Shown here piece after piece: positions 13,401-26,000 of a DNA stretch of 64,000 bases (position 1 is the first letter of the stretch; every line of letters begins with the position of its first letter). Under the pieces are notes generated by a model. The model searched no databases. It was not told the origin of the DNA and worked only from the letters and a program-made list of their open reading frames with translations. The translations under genes and the position numbers were made by a program. The DNA comes from Pristiophorus japonicus (Eukaryota): the NCBI RefSeq assembly GCF_044704955.1, contig NC_092008.1:5828001-5892000 (forward strand), read 5' to 3'.

Positions 13401-14392
13401 CTCAGTGTTGGGACCCCAGCTCTTTACAATATATATCAATGATTTGGATGAAGGAATTGTGTGTAATATTTCCAAGTTTGCAGATGACACTAAACTGGGT
13501 GGCGGAGTGAGCTGTGAGGGGGACTATAGGAGGCTGCAGGTTGATTAGACAGGTTAGGTGAGAAGGCAAATGTGGATAAATGTGAAGTTATCCACTTTGG
13601 GGGCAAAAACGCGAAGTCACAATATTATCCGAATGGTGGCAGATTAGAAAAGGGGAGGTGCAATGAGACCTGGGCGTCATGGTTCGTCAGTCATTGAAAG
13701 TTGGCATACAGGTACAGCAGGCGGTGAAGAATGCAAATGCTATGTTGGCCTTCATAGCTCGGGGATTTGAGTATAGGAGCAGGGAGGTCGTACTGTAGTT
13801 GTACAGGGCCTTGGTGAGGCCTCACCTGGATTATTGTTTTCAGTTTGGTCTCATAATTATGTGCAAGGATGTTCTTGCTATTGAGGCAGTGCAGTGAATG
13901 TTCACCAGACTGATTCTCGGCATGGCAGGACTGACATATGAGGAGAGATTAGATCAACTAGACCTTTATACATTGGCGTTTAGAAGGATGAGAAGGGATC
14001 TCATCGAAACATATAGGATTCTGACGGGATGGGACAGGGTAGATGCGGGTAGAATTTTCCCGATGTTGGGTAAGTGCAGAAGAAGAGGACACAGTCTTAG
14101 GATTAGGGGTAGGCCATTTAGGACTGAGATGAGGAGAAACGTCTTCACTCAGAGAGTTGTTAACTTGTGGAACGCCCTGCCGCAGAGAGTTTTTGATGCC
14201 AGTTAATTGGATATATTCAAGAGGGAGTTAGATATGGCCCTTACGGGTAAGGGGCTCAAGGGGTATTAAGAGAAAGCAGGAAAAGTGTATTGAGGGAATG
14301 ATCAGCCATGATCTTATTGAGTGGTGGTGCAGGCTTGAATGGCCGAATGGTCTACTCCTGCACCTATTTCAAATGTTTTCTATGTTTCCATG
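10439..14392 (+). mobile_element. Forward host CR1 LINE, ORF1+ORF2 decayed
   Basis: ORF1 ATG at 10451 with CxxC motifs; esterase HIGTND; EN MGDFN and SDHN; RT HGFMKVKSCLTNL and FADDTK; (TTCTATGT)-type tail at ~14375-14392. Confidence 0.92.
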
Positions 14393-15630
14393 TAACAGAT
14401 TGGAGGAAATGATTTGGGTGAAAACTTGGGTAAACATTGGATGATGAGGTTTAAATTAATACTGATGAAGAGTAAGGAACAATCTCGAGCAGACATTTTA
14501 AATTGGAAGGGGGAAAACTTCAATGGGAGGAGAGCGGATCTCGCCTCTGTAAAATGAAACCAATAGTTGTTCGGATCATCTGTAATAGGACAATGGGTGA
14601 TCTTTCAGGAGCAGATGCATCAGGGACAGGCTAGGGACTTTCCAACACGAAAAGAGAACCAAAAACACGGCTCCTGAGATGACAAGGGAGATAGATAATA
14701 TGATGCAACAAAAAAGAGGGTGTATGATGCATGTCAGGAGAATTTTTCAAGTGAGTATCAACCCAAATGCCATAGATTACTAGGGAAACTGAAGATGCTA
14801 TGAGAATAGAATGACAATTAACATAAAAGTGAACCCAATATCTTCTACCAGCAGGGAAATAATAACCGGGTAGTAAGCGATGGGGTGGGGTTCATAAGAG
14901 CAAAGAAGGTGACATATGCTTAGAGGTGCAGGGCTATGCTGGAATACTTAATGAGTATTTGTATCAGTGTTACCAAGGAAGAGGATGCTGGCAAAATATC
15001 AGCAGAGGCGCAGATTGTAGAAGCAATGCATGGTATGAAAATTGATAGCCAGGATGTAATGGAAAGGTTGTATATATTTAGAATGGATAAGTTGCCTGGT
15101 CCTGATGGTTTTCATACCAAGCTTCTAGGTGAAGCGGGGTTGGAGATAGCAGAAGGGATTGACATAATCTGCCAATCTACCCTCGATGCGGGGGAGATGC
15201 CAGAATGTTGGAAATGGCAAATGTGACATCTTTGTTCAAGAAATGGTGTAAGACAATCCTGGTAATTACAGGCCGATAAGTATAACATCAGTGGTGGATA
15301 AGGTTTTAGAAACAATAATGAATGAATATATTAACAATCAGTTTGGCGTGATGTAAGTTAATCAAGGATAGCCAGTACTGATTTGTGAAAGGCAGATCGT
15401 GTTTGACTGAACAAATTGATTTTTTAAATTAAGTAACAGAGAAGGTTGATGAAGGAAATTAACTGGATTTTTTCTGTATGGCTTTGAAGAAAGCGTTGGA
15501 CAAAGTACCACATAAAAGGCTGGTTAACAAAATTGAGGCTTTTGAAATAGGAAGGCCTGTTTCAGCTTGGATAAGAAATTTGCTTAAGGACAGAAAACGG
15601 CGAGTCATTGTAAATGGTTGTTTTTCAGAC
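14393..15630 (+). mobile_element. Older CR1 ORF2 fragment that received the host CR1
   Basis: Translated remnants DKLPGPDGFH and KALDKVPHKRLVNKI; paralogs at ~43069-44070 and ~61707-62980. Confidence 0.7.
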
Positions 15631-15634
15631 CGCC

Positions 15635-15960
15635 ATCAACAGCCTGCTGGTCGCCATTGACAAGAGATTTAAGTGTTCCTGCCACGTATATAATGTGGCT
15701 ACAAGAGCAGGCCAGAGGCTGGGTATTCCGTGGCGATAGGCGCAAAACTGACTCCCCAAAGCATTTCCACCATATACATGGCAGAAATCAGGGGTGTGGT
15801 TGAAGACGCTCCCTTTGCATGGCTGAGTGCAGCTCCAACAACACTTAAGAAACTCGGTACCATCAGGGAAAAAGCAACTCCATTGATTGAAACTCGAAAC
15901 AGTACCATTAACATTCACTCCCTTCTCCACCTCTTTCAAGGCACTGCAGCTTTGCTTCAA
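15635..15960 (+). mobile_element. Non-LTR retrotransposon (CR1/L2 group) RT-thumb fragment
   Basis: TIYMAEIRGVVEDAPFAWLSAAPTTLKKL; the unit C paralog reads MYKADVRSVVEYAHLAWMSAAPTTVKKL. Confidence 0.55.
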
Positions 15961-15995
15961 AACTAGCTACCCCGACTGCCGAGAACTCCCGAGTG

Positions 15996-16625
15996 TTACT
16001 GAGCCCTATGAAGCATGAACGGACCAGGCTCCAGCCCAGACCTATGCTATGTAAGTCCATCTCACAAGGGAAGGGACTGACCACCACACATACCAGGATG
16101 GGCCCAGGAAACATCCCCGGTCTGCGATGAGTTATCTGATCTCACCTGTTGAGGAACTGAGCGCCATAGCACAGTGCAGTCGGAGGCTTCATTCCCGCCC
16201 TGTGCTGAGATCGATTATCTCACCCAGTGTGATTCTGGGACTCTGAGAGAGAAGCAAATGCCCAGGATTCAAAACTGGCTTGTGATGCATTAGCTGGTCT
16301 CACCCGGCAGGGTACTGAGCCACACGGAGCAGGTGGGGCCCGGGCTTCATTCCCGGCCTGTGCTACGTTCGATCATCTCTGGAGGTGTGCAACTGAGACA
16401 ATACAACACAGGAAATGTCCAAGCTTCATCGCTAGCCTGTGCTGTGTCAGCAGATAGTACACGGCGTGGTACTGAGCCCCACACAAAGCAGTTTGCGCCC
16501 ATTATCATTCCACGGCACGTGTTGTGTTAGCTGATACCTCTTGGGGTGGTACTAAGCCAAAATCTACAGCAAACGCCCAGGTTTTAGCTCTGCTATATGC
16601 TGAACTCTCTGATCTCACCTCCTTC
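15996..16625 (+). repeat. ~79-bp tandem array (~8 units) derived from a tRNA-type SINE head
   Basis: Units start near 15996, 16076, 16155, 16232, 16313, 16391, 16470 and 16550. Consensus ~TACTGAGCCACACAGACCAGG..CCCAGGTTC.ATCCCYGGTCTGTGCTGAGTTAGCTGATCTCACC. Confidence 0.7.
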
Positions 16626-16844
16626 CTGGGCATGAGCTGGGCAACTGTCGGATTCTCAGTAGAAGGTCCAGGCTCTGAGCAGCAGCTGTCTGGGTTTGTG
16701 TTGTTGATCGCTGGGCTGTGCAAAATCTATTTGTGTGTGGGTAGGAGCTATATGGGTCTGTATGTTATATTCGGATCAGTGTAGTTTAGCTCCAGGTTTG
16801 TGTTGGAGCAACCAGAGTCGACAAAGAAGCTGAAAGGTAATCGA

Positions 16845-16955
16845 GCTGAAAAGTTCACTCTGTTTCTCTCGACTGAGGTGTTACCTGATACACTGAATGC
16901 ATATACACCATTTTCATTTTTCGTTCAGATTTCCAGCATCTGCTTTATTTTGCTT
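16845..16955 (-). mobile_element. Short interspersed repeat (AAAAT..GCAGATGCTGGAAATCTG motif), possibly Penelope-related terminus
   Basis: The reverse complement resembles the repeat at 27545-27610/27925-27970; the family assignment is from memory and uncertain. Confidence 0.4.
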
Positions 16956-16969
16956 AAGTTTCCACGAAT

Positions 16970-18290
16970 AAGTTGTCAGGATCGGTACAGGAGATGCCTG
17001 GCTCTATGTAAATGCTTTCTGGGTCTGTGCAAATGCTACCTGGGTCTGCGCAAATGTTGCCCGGTTCGATGTTGGAGTGCACTGACTGTGTATAGGAGCT
17101 ATCTATGATCCAGTTCGCTGTGTCAGGGCTGGAGCTGACTGCGTCGGTGCAAGAGTTGCCTGCGACTATGCAGCAGCATATCCTGTCTGCGAAGGAGTGC
17201 CTGCTTCGCTGTGGAATGTCTCGGTCTGTGCTGGAGCTCACTGGGTCAGTGTGGGATCTTCCTGGATCTCTGTTGAAGCTTTAGATTCAGTGTCGTTGCT
17301 GTCGTTGTTTGAAGTGAGCTGTCTGGAAGCTGTTTAGGAACATATAGGAACTTTTTGGTCATTTCTATAAACTGTCTGCGCTAGGGTAGGAACTGTTTAT
17401 ATCAGTGTAGGACTACTTGGGACTGCATATATGCTCCCTGGGCCATGATAGGAGCTGTCTAGTTCTAACCTGGACTGAATGGATCTGTGCAGCAACAGCC
17501 TGTGTCTGTGAAAGGAGCTTCTTCCTTCCATGTCGAAGCTGTCTGTGGCTGTGTTGGAGCTGTATTGAACTGCGTAGGAGTTGTCTCGGGCAGCCATGGG
17601 ATGTTTGGTTCTGTGTAGGAGATCCTGGGTCTGTGCAGAAGCAGTCTGCGACTGTGTCGGATCTTTGGGGGCACGCAGAGGAGTGTTTGGGTCTGTGTAG
17701 TTGATCTCTGGGTCTGTGTAGCAACAGTACCTGCCTGCATGGGAGTTGCCTGGCTCTGTGTAGGAGCGTCCTGGGTCTGTTGGGTACTGAGTAGGAGCAT
17801 TCTAATTCTGTGTAGCGACTGTGTGAGACTGCGTGGGAGCTGTCTGAGCCTGTTTAGTCGCAGTGTCTTTTGGAGCTGTCTGGCTCTGCGTAAGAGCTTT
17901 CTCAATCTGGATATTCTGAGTCTGGGTCTGTAAAATACATTCTAGGTCTGTGTAGGCAGAGTCTGGATCTGTGTAGGGACAGTCTGGGTCTGTGTAGGCA
18001 GAGTCTGGGTCAGTGTAGATACAGTCTGCGTCTGTGTGGGCAGAGGCTGGGTCAGTGTAGGCACAATCTGGATCTGTGTAGGCAGAGTCTGAGTCAGTGT
18101 AGGCCCAGTCTGGGTCTGTGTAGGAACTGCCTGTTTCTGTGTCGGCAAAGTCTGGGTCAGTTAGGCAAAATCTGAGTCTGTGGTAGGAATATACTGCTTA
18201 TCTGATTCTGATTATTTCCGCCCTCCATTGGTCTGTGTAGCAGTTGTCTGGCTCGATTCTGGAACTGCTTTGATCTTTATCGATCGGTAA
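16970..18290. repeat. ~21-bp minisatellite (CTGGGTCTGTGTAGGCAGAGT), degenerate flanks, clean core 17940-18180
   Basis: Tandem units visible; they give 7-aa periodic ORFs (PTQTQT...). Confidence 0.85.
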
Positions 18291-18864
18291 ACCTGTTTGT
18301 GTGTGCTGAGATTTGGTCAGTAGTTACAGTCTCCCCGTCCGCTCCTGCACTGTGTGAGTAAGTTTTTCATGTTTACATTTACAGACTGGTGATCAGGGGC
18401 GCTGGAGCGTCAGTGAACCCGGGTGAGACAGTGGACAATCTGCCCGGCCCCGGCCCCTAATGTGAGGATGACATGATAGGGCCGATCGTGATTGGGGCTA
18501 TGAACTGAGAGTAAACCCCTCTGATCCAAACAACACTGGCCACAGTCGCAGATTCCAAATGTCACTTCCGGGGCGGCTGTTCCTTCCCATGCTGCCTTGA
18601 TGTCTACTCAGTGCCTTTGCTGATAAACTGTCCAAATCTGACGCCTCACACCAAACTAATCCACCCACTTTGCTGCTACATGCGATGGGCTCCTGGTGCT
18701 TCGATACATTAACTGATTTCAATAACTGCCCGAGCGGCACTGTGCGGCACTTCAGCAGGGAGGTAGCCAAGGCAGTCAGGGCAGTCTCGGGCTCAATCAC
18801 TTTGTTTATCACGAATGGCCAAAATATGGTTTTGATTGTGGGTACATCTTGAGTAGGCTTAGTT

Positions 18865-18953
18865 CCAGGATTGGTTCAGAGGTAGGATTCTCGCTTCCCA
18901 TTTATTGGCTGGAATATGCGAGAGGTCCCGTGTTCAAATCCCAGAAAAAGCGC
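18865..18953 (+). pseudogene. tRNA-Pro-like pseudogene with 16-nt insert after position 37 (anticodon now CCC)
   Basis: GGTAGGATTCTCGCTT-CCCA-[tttattggctggaata]-TGCGAGAGGTCCCGTGTTCAAATCCC matches the vertebrate tRNA-Pro body; the acceptor stem is broken. Confidence 0.65.
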
Positions 18954-18994
18954 TCCTGTACCCTCCATTTTTTACAATTAACTGCCTTTGAATC

Positions 18995-19455
18995 TTAGAA
19001 AATAGAAATCTAGAAAATTACAGCGCAGAAGGAGGCCATTTCGGCCCACCGTGCCTGCGCCGGCCGACAAAGAGCCGCATGGCCCTCGGTCAGCAGCCCT
19101 GAAGATTATATACCAAACCATAAACAATGACGGAAAGGCAAAGAGCACCTATCCGAACCAGTCCACTCCACACCACTGCAACACCCCTAATACTAAAAAC
19201 ATCAACACTCCACCCCAACCGAAGCCATGTGAGCTCCTGGGTTAGGCAAAAAACAGATAAAAACCCAGGCCAATTTATGGAGAAAAAATCTGGGAAAATG
19301 CCTCTCCAACCCATCCAGGCGATCGAAATTGGTCCAGGAGATCACCCTGGTCGTATTCTATTCCCTGCAGTACTTACCATTATATCTGCGCCGTCCAACA
19401 AAAGGTCATCCAGTCTAATCTCAATTACCAGCTCTCGGTCCGTAACCCTGCAGGT
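18995..19455 (-). mobile_element. LINE (CR1/L2 group) 3' terminal fragment
   Basis: The reverse strand ends GGGCCGAAATGGCCTCCTTCTGCGCTGTAA followed by a (TTTCTA) tail; paralog at ~47015-47465. Confidence 0.6.
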
Positions 19456-19649
19456 GGGTTCATGGTCTGGAAAGATGATGAAGTTCCCAAGTAAAACTGC
19501 ATGAATGTGAAGCGCTGTGGGAAGACGGTCAGTGCAAATAATCCCCAGTAATGCTTCTTCAATAACATACACTTTGTGTCAGCAAGTTTGGTTGGAATAT
19601 GAATTCGATCTTTAACCCGCACGACACTTTCATCTCACTGAAGCAGATG

Positions 19650-19860
19650 CAGCACTTGCACGTTTTTGCGCAGTTCACGACCACTGGACGTCCCAAAGCG
19701 CATTACAGCCAATGCAGCATTTTAAAAGTGTAGTCACTGTTGTATTGTAGAAAACGCGGCAGCCAATTTGCGCACAGCAAGCTCCCACAACAGCATTATG
19801 CTAATGAGCACGTAATCTGTCCTTTGTTATGTTGATTGAGAGATAAATATTGATCAGGGT
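19650..19860 (-). mobile_element. DeuSINE (SacSINE1/AmnSINE1-like) 3' part
   Basis: The reverse complement contains GTGGGAGCTTGCTGTGCGCAAATTGGCTGCCGCGTTT...ACAACAGTGACTACACTT...CATTGGCTGTAA.GCGCTTTGGGACGTCC; paralog at ~47665-47868. Confidence 0.75.
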
Positions 19861-20489
19861 GATTGGCGTCACAGTCTTATTCAGTTTGCAGACAGTCATT
19901 CATATAAATAATGATGCAATTGCGGAGGACAGACACCTTTCTCACACCTTCCCGTACTGATCCCATGTTCCTTATCTGTGAGAAATCTCATTTATCCCAA
20001 TCTAATTGAGCTCTCCTGAACAACCGCATGTTTCACCCCATTGCACAAGCCAGTTATTTCCGAAATCATGCCGGGATTTCACCATCACCACACTGCCTGG
20101 AATCCACTCCAAGTGCTGATCATTCTCGTGATTTCAGTCCTGAAGAGTACAATATTAATTTTGAGCATGTTCCACCTTGGTCTTTCTCCCACAATGTAAT
20201 TTCAACTCGTATTGCACAAGAGTTACTGTCTTGTATATCGTTGTAATGCCATGTTACAGATGCCATCATTCTAAGCTGTTCAAGGTATCAATTTGAACAC
20301 CCCGTGGGTTGAGTTAAAATCCCTCCCCACCCCGCATATGTTCGACAGGATCGGCGAGCGTTGGGTAATGGTGCTCCCTCCACTGGCCGCTGTGCAGTAT
20401 TGCAACACCATGTGCAGCTGCTCCCTCCTCTGTCTCCCTGAAGTTAACAGGCCAGGAGGACAAGGTAGTTCAGAGAGTCAATAAAAATT

Positions 20490-21122
20490 TGACTTTGTTA
20501 GTCGAGGCATGGAACACAAGAGCAAGGACGTTATTCTCGAATATGTAAAACATTGTTTAGGCTGCAACTGGAGTACTGTGTGCGGTTCTAGTCACCAGAT
20601 TACAGGAATGATGTGATTGCACTGGAAAGAGTGCAGAGGAGATTGACAAGAATATTGCCTGTACTGGAGAATTTTGGCCATGGGCAAAGATTGGAGATGC
20701 TAGGTGTGTTTCCTTTGTAATAGAGTACACTGAGGGAAGACCGGATTGAGGTATATAAAGTTATGAAGGGCCTGGTTAGAGAGGATAGGAAGGACCTCTT
20801 TCCCTTGACAGAGCGGTGGTCCTGCAAGGGGCACAGATTTAACGTTACTGGGGGGAGATTTAGAGGAGATATGAGGGGAAATTTCTTCAGCCAGTGGGTG
20901 GTAGTGTCTGGAACGCACTGCCTGAAAGAATGGTAGAGGCATAAAGCATCAGCACATTTTAAAAAACATTTGGATGTGCACCTGAAGTGCCATAACGTAG
21001 ATCGCTAGGGACCAGAGTTCGAAGGTGGCATTAGGCTAGATAGCTCTTTTTCGGCCGGTGTGGGAACTATATGCTGAAAAAGCCTCTTTCTTGATGTAAA
21101 TTTCTATGATTCTATGATTCTG
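20490..21122 (+). mobile_element. CR1 LINE 3' fragment
   Basis: CTGGAGTACTGTGTG (LEYCV) and CTGGAAAGAGTGCAGAGGAGA (LERVQRR); TTTCTATGATTCTATGATTC tail; paralog at ~48505-49110. Confidence 0.8.
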
Positions 21123-21124
21123 TA

Positions 21125-21385
21125 CACTACTGCACCATCTGCTACAGATACTTCCTCCTTTGGCCGCTGTCCAGTATGGCACCATCTGGTAATGCTGCTG
21201 CCTCCTCTGGGCGCAATACAGTACTGCAACACCTGATACTGCTGCAGCATCCTCTGGCCACTGTGCAGTATTGCATCACCTGATACAGCTGCTCCCTCCT
21301 TCGGGCACAATGCAGTACTGCAACACTTGACATTGCTGCACCATCCTCTGGCCGTTGCACAGTATTGCAACACCTGCTTCTTCCA
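21125..21385. repeat. ~38-bp tandem repeat (CAGTACTGCAACACCTGATACTGCTGC.CCATCCTCTGGCC)
   Basis: About 6 degenerate units; a related unit at ~20370-20432 lies on the other side of the CR1 fragment; paralog at 49110-49295. Confidence 0.7.
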
Positions 21386-21584
21386 ACACTTGGCGTCCTG
21401 GCAACATTCCACTGAAAATCCAGACTGTTTGCACAGATCATCAATGTTGTAAATTAACTGTCAGCTTCTCTTGGAGAAACCCGTTTTTTATTTCCATTAC
21501 ATCAGGTAAAAGAATTTCTGAAACTGTCGCGTGTGCAAGAGATCCCTCCCGTGCAGGAGACATTCTCACCCTGTGTGTAAAAAG

Positions 21585-21672
21585 TCCTGGGGTAGAACTC
21601 GAACCTGCCATTATGTGATAATAACATAATTTACACCTAACCCAGGCTCTACATCCTTTGGGCCACGGCCAC
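21585..21672 (-). pseudogene. Very degenerate tRNA-like (Arg-like) sequence
   Basis: The reverse strand has A-box-like GTGGCCCAAAGGAT and B-box GGCAGGTTCGAGTTCT; paralog at ~49500-49587. Confidence 0.35.
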
Positions 21673-22069
21673 TTACTGACGGAGGGTGAACTGGTCCGCT
21701 ATTGTTATCAGTGTCCATTTTTATAATAGATATTTTCTTGCTTCATTGAGCAAGTGGGTACTTCAGCATCCACGTCACTACGAATCGGACAACTGAATTA
21801 ATTAACTTAAACACAGCCCCAGTTTGGACGATAAATGCAGCATTAGGATTCACAGGCAAATAGACAAGTGTAACTGACGGTCTGAATATCCAACAGAGAG
21901 TGGCGGGTAGCTGATAGATATTTGTGAGAGGTTGTGAGATTTGATTTTGAATTGGCTCAATGAATTAATTGGTTAAAGTGCTTGTCAGGAAAGCAGGAAC
22001 TACCAGGTCCTATTATCAGCGGCTGTGTGTTGACTAAATGTTGTTTATATTGTCTGCGAATTTCAGCAA

Positions 22070-23078
22070 CAAATAATAAACCAATGGTGCAGGGATTAAT
22101 GTCCGGGATACTCAAGAGGCCAAAATTAGAGAAGCATAGATATCTTGCGGGGTTGTGGGGCTGGAGGAGATTATAGAGATAGGGAGGGAATGAGGCCACG
22201 TTGGGGGTCTTGGAAGCATTTACTTGAATTTTAAAGTCGAGACATTGCTTAACCACGAGTCAATGTTGATCAGCAAGCACAGGGGTGATGGATGATCGCG
22301 ACTTGGTACTAGTTAGGACACGGGTGCAGAGTTTTAGATGACCTCACATTTAAGGAGGATGGAACGTGGGCAGCCGGCCAGCATCGCATGGGAATAGTCA
22401 AATCTAGAGGGAACAAAGGAAGAGATCGGGTTTCAGCAGCAGCTGAGCCGAGGCAGCAATGCAGTCAGATGGAAGTGGAAATAGTTGATCTTGGTGATAG
22501 AGTGGATAGGTGGATGGAGGCTCATGTTGGGGTCAAATGTGACTGCAAAGTTGCTAACCGTCTGTTTCAGCCTCAAAAAGTTGGTAGGTAGAGGACTTGA
22601 CTGGATGGGTAGAAAACAGATCTTATTGCATGGACTGAAAACAATGACTTCAATATTAACAATATATTGTTGGAAAAAGTGTTCGCTCATCCAGCACTGG
22701 ATGTCGGACCTCTGATCATTTGGAGACAGTGGAGGGTGGAGAACGCTGGTGATGATGTAAATCTGGGTGTCACCAGTGTACATGTGGAATCTGACGCTGT
22801 GTTTCCGGATGATGTCGCCACGTTGCAGCAGGTGGATGATATAGGAGGGGCCAAAGATTGCTCCTTGGTGGACACCAGAGCTAATGGTGTCAGAGCGGGA
22901 TGAAAAGCTATTGCAGGTGATTCTGTGGCAACTACACGTAAGATAAAAATCGACTGAGGGAATTGCAGTCACATCCAGCTGGACGACAGTGGAGAGGCGT
23001 TGGAGGAGGATGGAGTGTTCAACACGGCAACTCCTGCAGATAAGTTTATCAGGTCGGCGTCGGATAGTTTATCTTTTG
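22070..23078 (-). mobile_element. L2-clade LINE 3' part (RT remnant)
   Basis: ORF 22433-22972 reads GVHQGAIFGP...GDIIRKHSVRFHMYTGDTQIY (L2-type QG..LGP/YADDTQLY). Confidence 0.8.
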
Positions 23079-23079
23079 T

Positions 23080-26000
23080 GGATTGGAATAGGAGTGCGGT
23101 CTGCTGCACTTCAGCAGTTATCGGCAACGGTCACGATGGTGGGCCCAGGGACCATCCATATGGTCAGGAGGCAATGACTGCCGGTCCTCCGGCCTGGGCA
23201 TTCTGCTGTGGGGAGGCCACTTCACCATCATTGAAGTTAAGGAGTTGGTGGGCGGCCGCCTCCTCGTAGCGGAAGTAATGTACAAAAGCTTCCCTCTCAG
23301 GTTAATCAACGTTTATGCCCCAGCTCTCAAGAACGAGCGGCTGGCCCTTTTCCAGCAGCTCCCACTGCTCCTGGCAACGGCCAAGCCGGTCATTCCGGGC
23401 CGTGACTACAACTGCATCGATGCGGCTGGACAATCCAGCAGAGCTGACAGCAAACTGGACACCACGTCCAGACTCCTGATGGATGTGGTAAAGGATGCCA
23501 ATCTGTACGACGTCTTCAGCAACTCTACAGATGGAGCACCGTGCAGATACACCTGGTCGAGACCAGACGCATCCGTCCGTTCCAGAATAGATTTCTTGTT
23601 TGTGTCCCACACGCTCAAGGTCAGATCCACCGACGTCACGCCGGTGTTCTGCTCTGACCATTGCCTCCTACTGGCCGTCTGTCACACACGGGAAAACCAG
23701 AAAGTTGGCAGTGGGATATGGAAGCTGAACGTTGAACTGTTGAGTCCGGAAAACGTTGAGGTACTCAAGCGGGATTACAAAGGTTGGAGACCGTAAAGCC
23801 CCTCTGCGATTCCCCGATGCACTGGTGGGAAACAATCAAGACGAACATCAAGATGTTCTTCATCCTCAAAGGTGTTCAGGAGGCGAGAGGGAGACAGAGG
23901 GAATTGTCCCAATTGCAGAAGAGTATGCAAAACCTGCTCCTGCTGCAGTCGATGGGGGTCGATGTCACGGAGGAAGTCGAAGTGGTGAAGGGTCAGCAAG
24001 CCTCGATCTTTGCCACAAATTCCTCCAAAATAATCTTCCGCTCCAGAGTCCACTCCGTCGAGCAGGACGAGACGTGTTTGCGTTTCTTCTTCCAAAAGGT
24101 ACACAGGGGAAGCTCTGTGATCACCAGCCTAAAGGAGGAAGACGGTTCTGTAACGTCTTCGCAGCCTGACATGCTGAGGATCAGCAAATCCTCTATGCCA
24201 GGCTGTATGACGTTAAGCACACAGAACGCGCTGCCTCCCAGTCATTCCTGTCGTCTATCACGGAGGTCTAAGACGACAGCGAGTAGGAGATTCTGGACCA
24301 CATGCTAACTCTGGATGAGCTTACAAAGGCCGTCCAGTCCTTCGAGACGAATAAAACTCCTGGAAGCGGCAGCTCCAGACGAGTTGTATTCGGCTCTGTG
24401 GGACTGGATGGGCCTAGACCTGCTGGAAGTGTACGGGGGTCTGCTTCTGGCCGGCAACGTGTCAGAATCGATTAGGAAAGGCATCATCACACTCATCTAC
24501 AAGCAGAAGAGGGAGAGGGAAGAAATCAAAAACTGGCGGCCCATTTCGCTGCTCAGTGTGGACTATAAGATCCTGACAAATGTCATCGTCAACAGGATCA
24601 AGTCTGCTCTTGTGCTGGTGATTCACCCGGACCTGACCTGCGCTGTCCCTGGCAGGAAAATGCCTGATAGCCTCGCGCTACTCAGGGATACGGTCGCCTA
24701 TGTGCGGGTCAGGAGGGTGGACACCTGCTTAATCAGCTTAGACCAGGCGAAGGCCTTTAACAGGATATCACACACGTACCTGATTGACGTGCTCTCCAAA
24801 ATGGGGTTTGGGGAAGGTATCCACAATTGGATCCAAGTGCTCTACATAGTTACCAGTAGCACAGTTCTAATCAACAGGTGGGAAACTGCAAGCTTTCCAA
24901 TCAGATCTGGAGTCAGGCAAGGCTGTCCCCTCTCCTCTGTCTTGTTTGTGTGTTGCATCGAGCCCTTTGCCGAGTCCATCAGGAAGGATGTGGGCATTAG
25001 AGGCGTGACGATGCCAGGCATCGGAGGTGCTCAGGTCAAGACCTCCCTGTACATGGACGAAGTCGCTATATGTTGCTCGGATCCGCAGGCGGTCCACAGA
25101 TTGCTCACAATCTGCCACCAGTTTCAACTGGACTCGGGAGCGAAGGTCAATCGCAGACAAAGCGAGGCCATGTTCTTTGGCAACTAGACCGACCGATCCT
25201 TTATTCCCTTCACCGTTCAGCCAGATTACCTGAAGGTGTTGGGAATATGCTTCAGAGCAGATGGGGCGTGCGCCAAAAACTGGGCAGAGCGTGTCGCCAA
25301 TGTGAAACAAAAACTGGGATGATGCAAAAAGGACCGTGTCCACAGAGACACGATGTACAAATCTCTGGACAGTGGAGGAAAGGATGTTCCGAACGTGGCC
25401 GTCATCCTGATGGCCACCTTTGTGTGCGGCTGCATCAAGCTGTGCACAGACCCCCGGTACGCAAACACCAACTGTCACCCCGTGCTCAGGTTCTACCTGT
25501 CCCCGGTGTTGCAAAGGATGGGTCTGGCCATGCTGCCATGAAACGCCCCCATCAGTTGGACCATGCCTGTCCACCTGTCCTTCGTGGAAAAGTTTTTCGG
25601 AAAAATCCCTTGTGACCACAAGGCCGTAAAGCAGTGGTCGGCACGTAAGGTCCTGGACCCCCTACGAAAGTAGGAGAGGTTGGGCCCTATCGGGTGGTTC
25701 CCCGAGCAGACTGTCGAACTCGTTTGGCAGAATGTCTCATCACCAGAGCTTTCACACAAGCACCAAGATGTAGCTTGGTTGGCGGTGAGGAGGGCTCTTC
25801 CCGTCAGATCCTTCATGCACAGCCGGCGTCTCAGCAGCACGGCACGGTGTCCCCGGGTCAGCTGCGGGGCAGACGAGACTGTCACCCATCTCCTTCAGGA
25901 TTGCACCTTTGTAAGGCAGGTCTGGAAAGAGATGCAGTGGTTGCTGACGAGCTTCATCCCAAGCAGCTCCGTTACACAGGACTCTGTGCTCTACGGGCTG

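Noticed and set aside
17413-18148. Thr/Gln- or Cys/Leu-rich periodic ORFs (also 45468-46178)
   Set aside because: These are translations of a 21-bp minisatellite; frames are not preserved between units A and B.
18865-18953. Functional tRNA genes
   Set aside because: All tRNA-like sequences have broken acceptor stems or boxes; they are reported only as pseudogenes.
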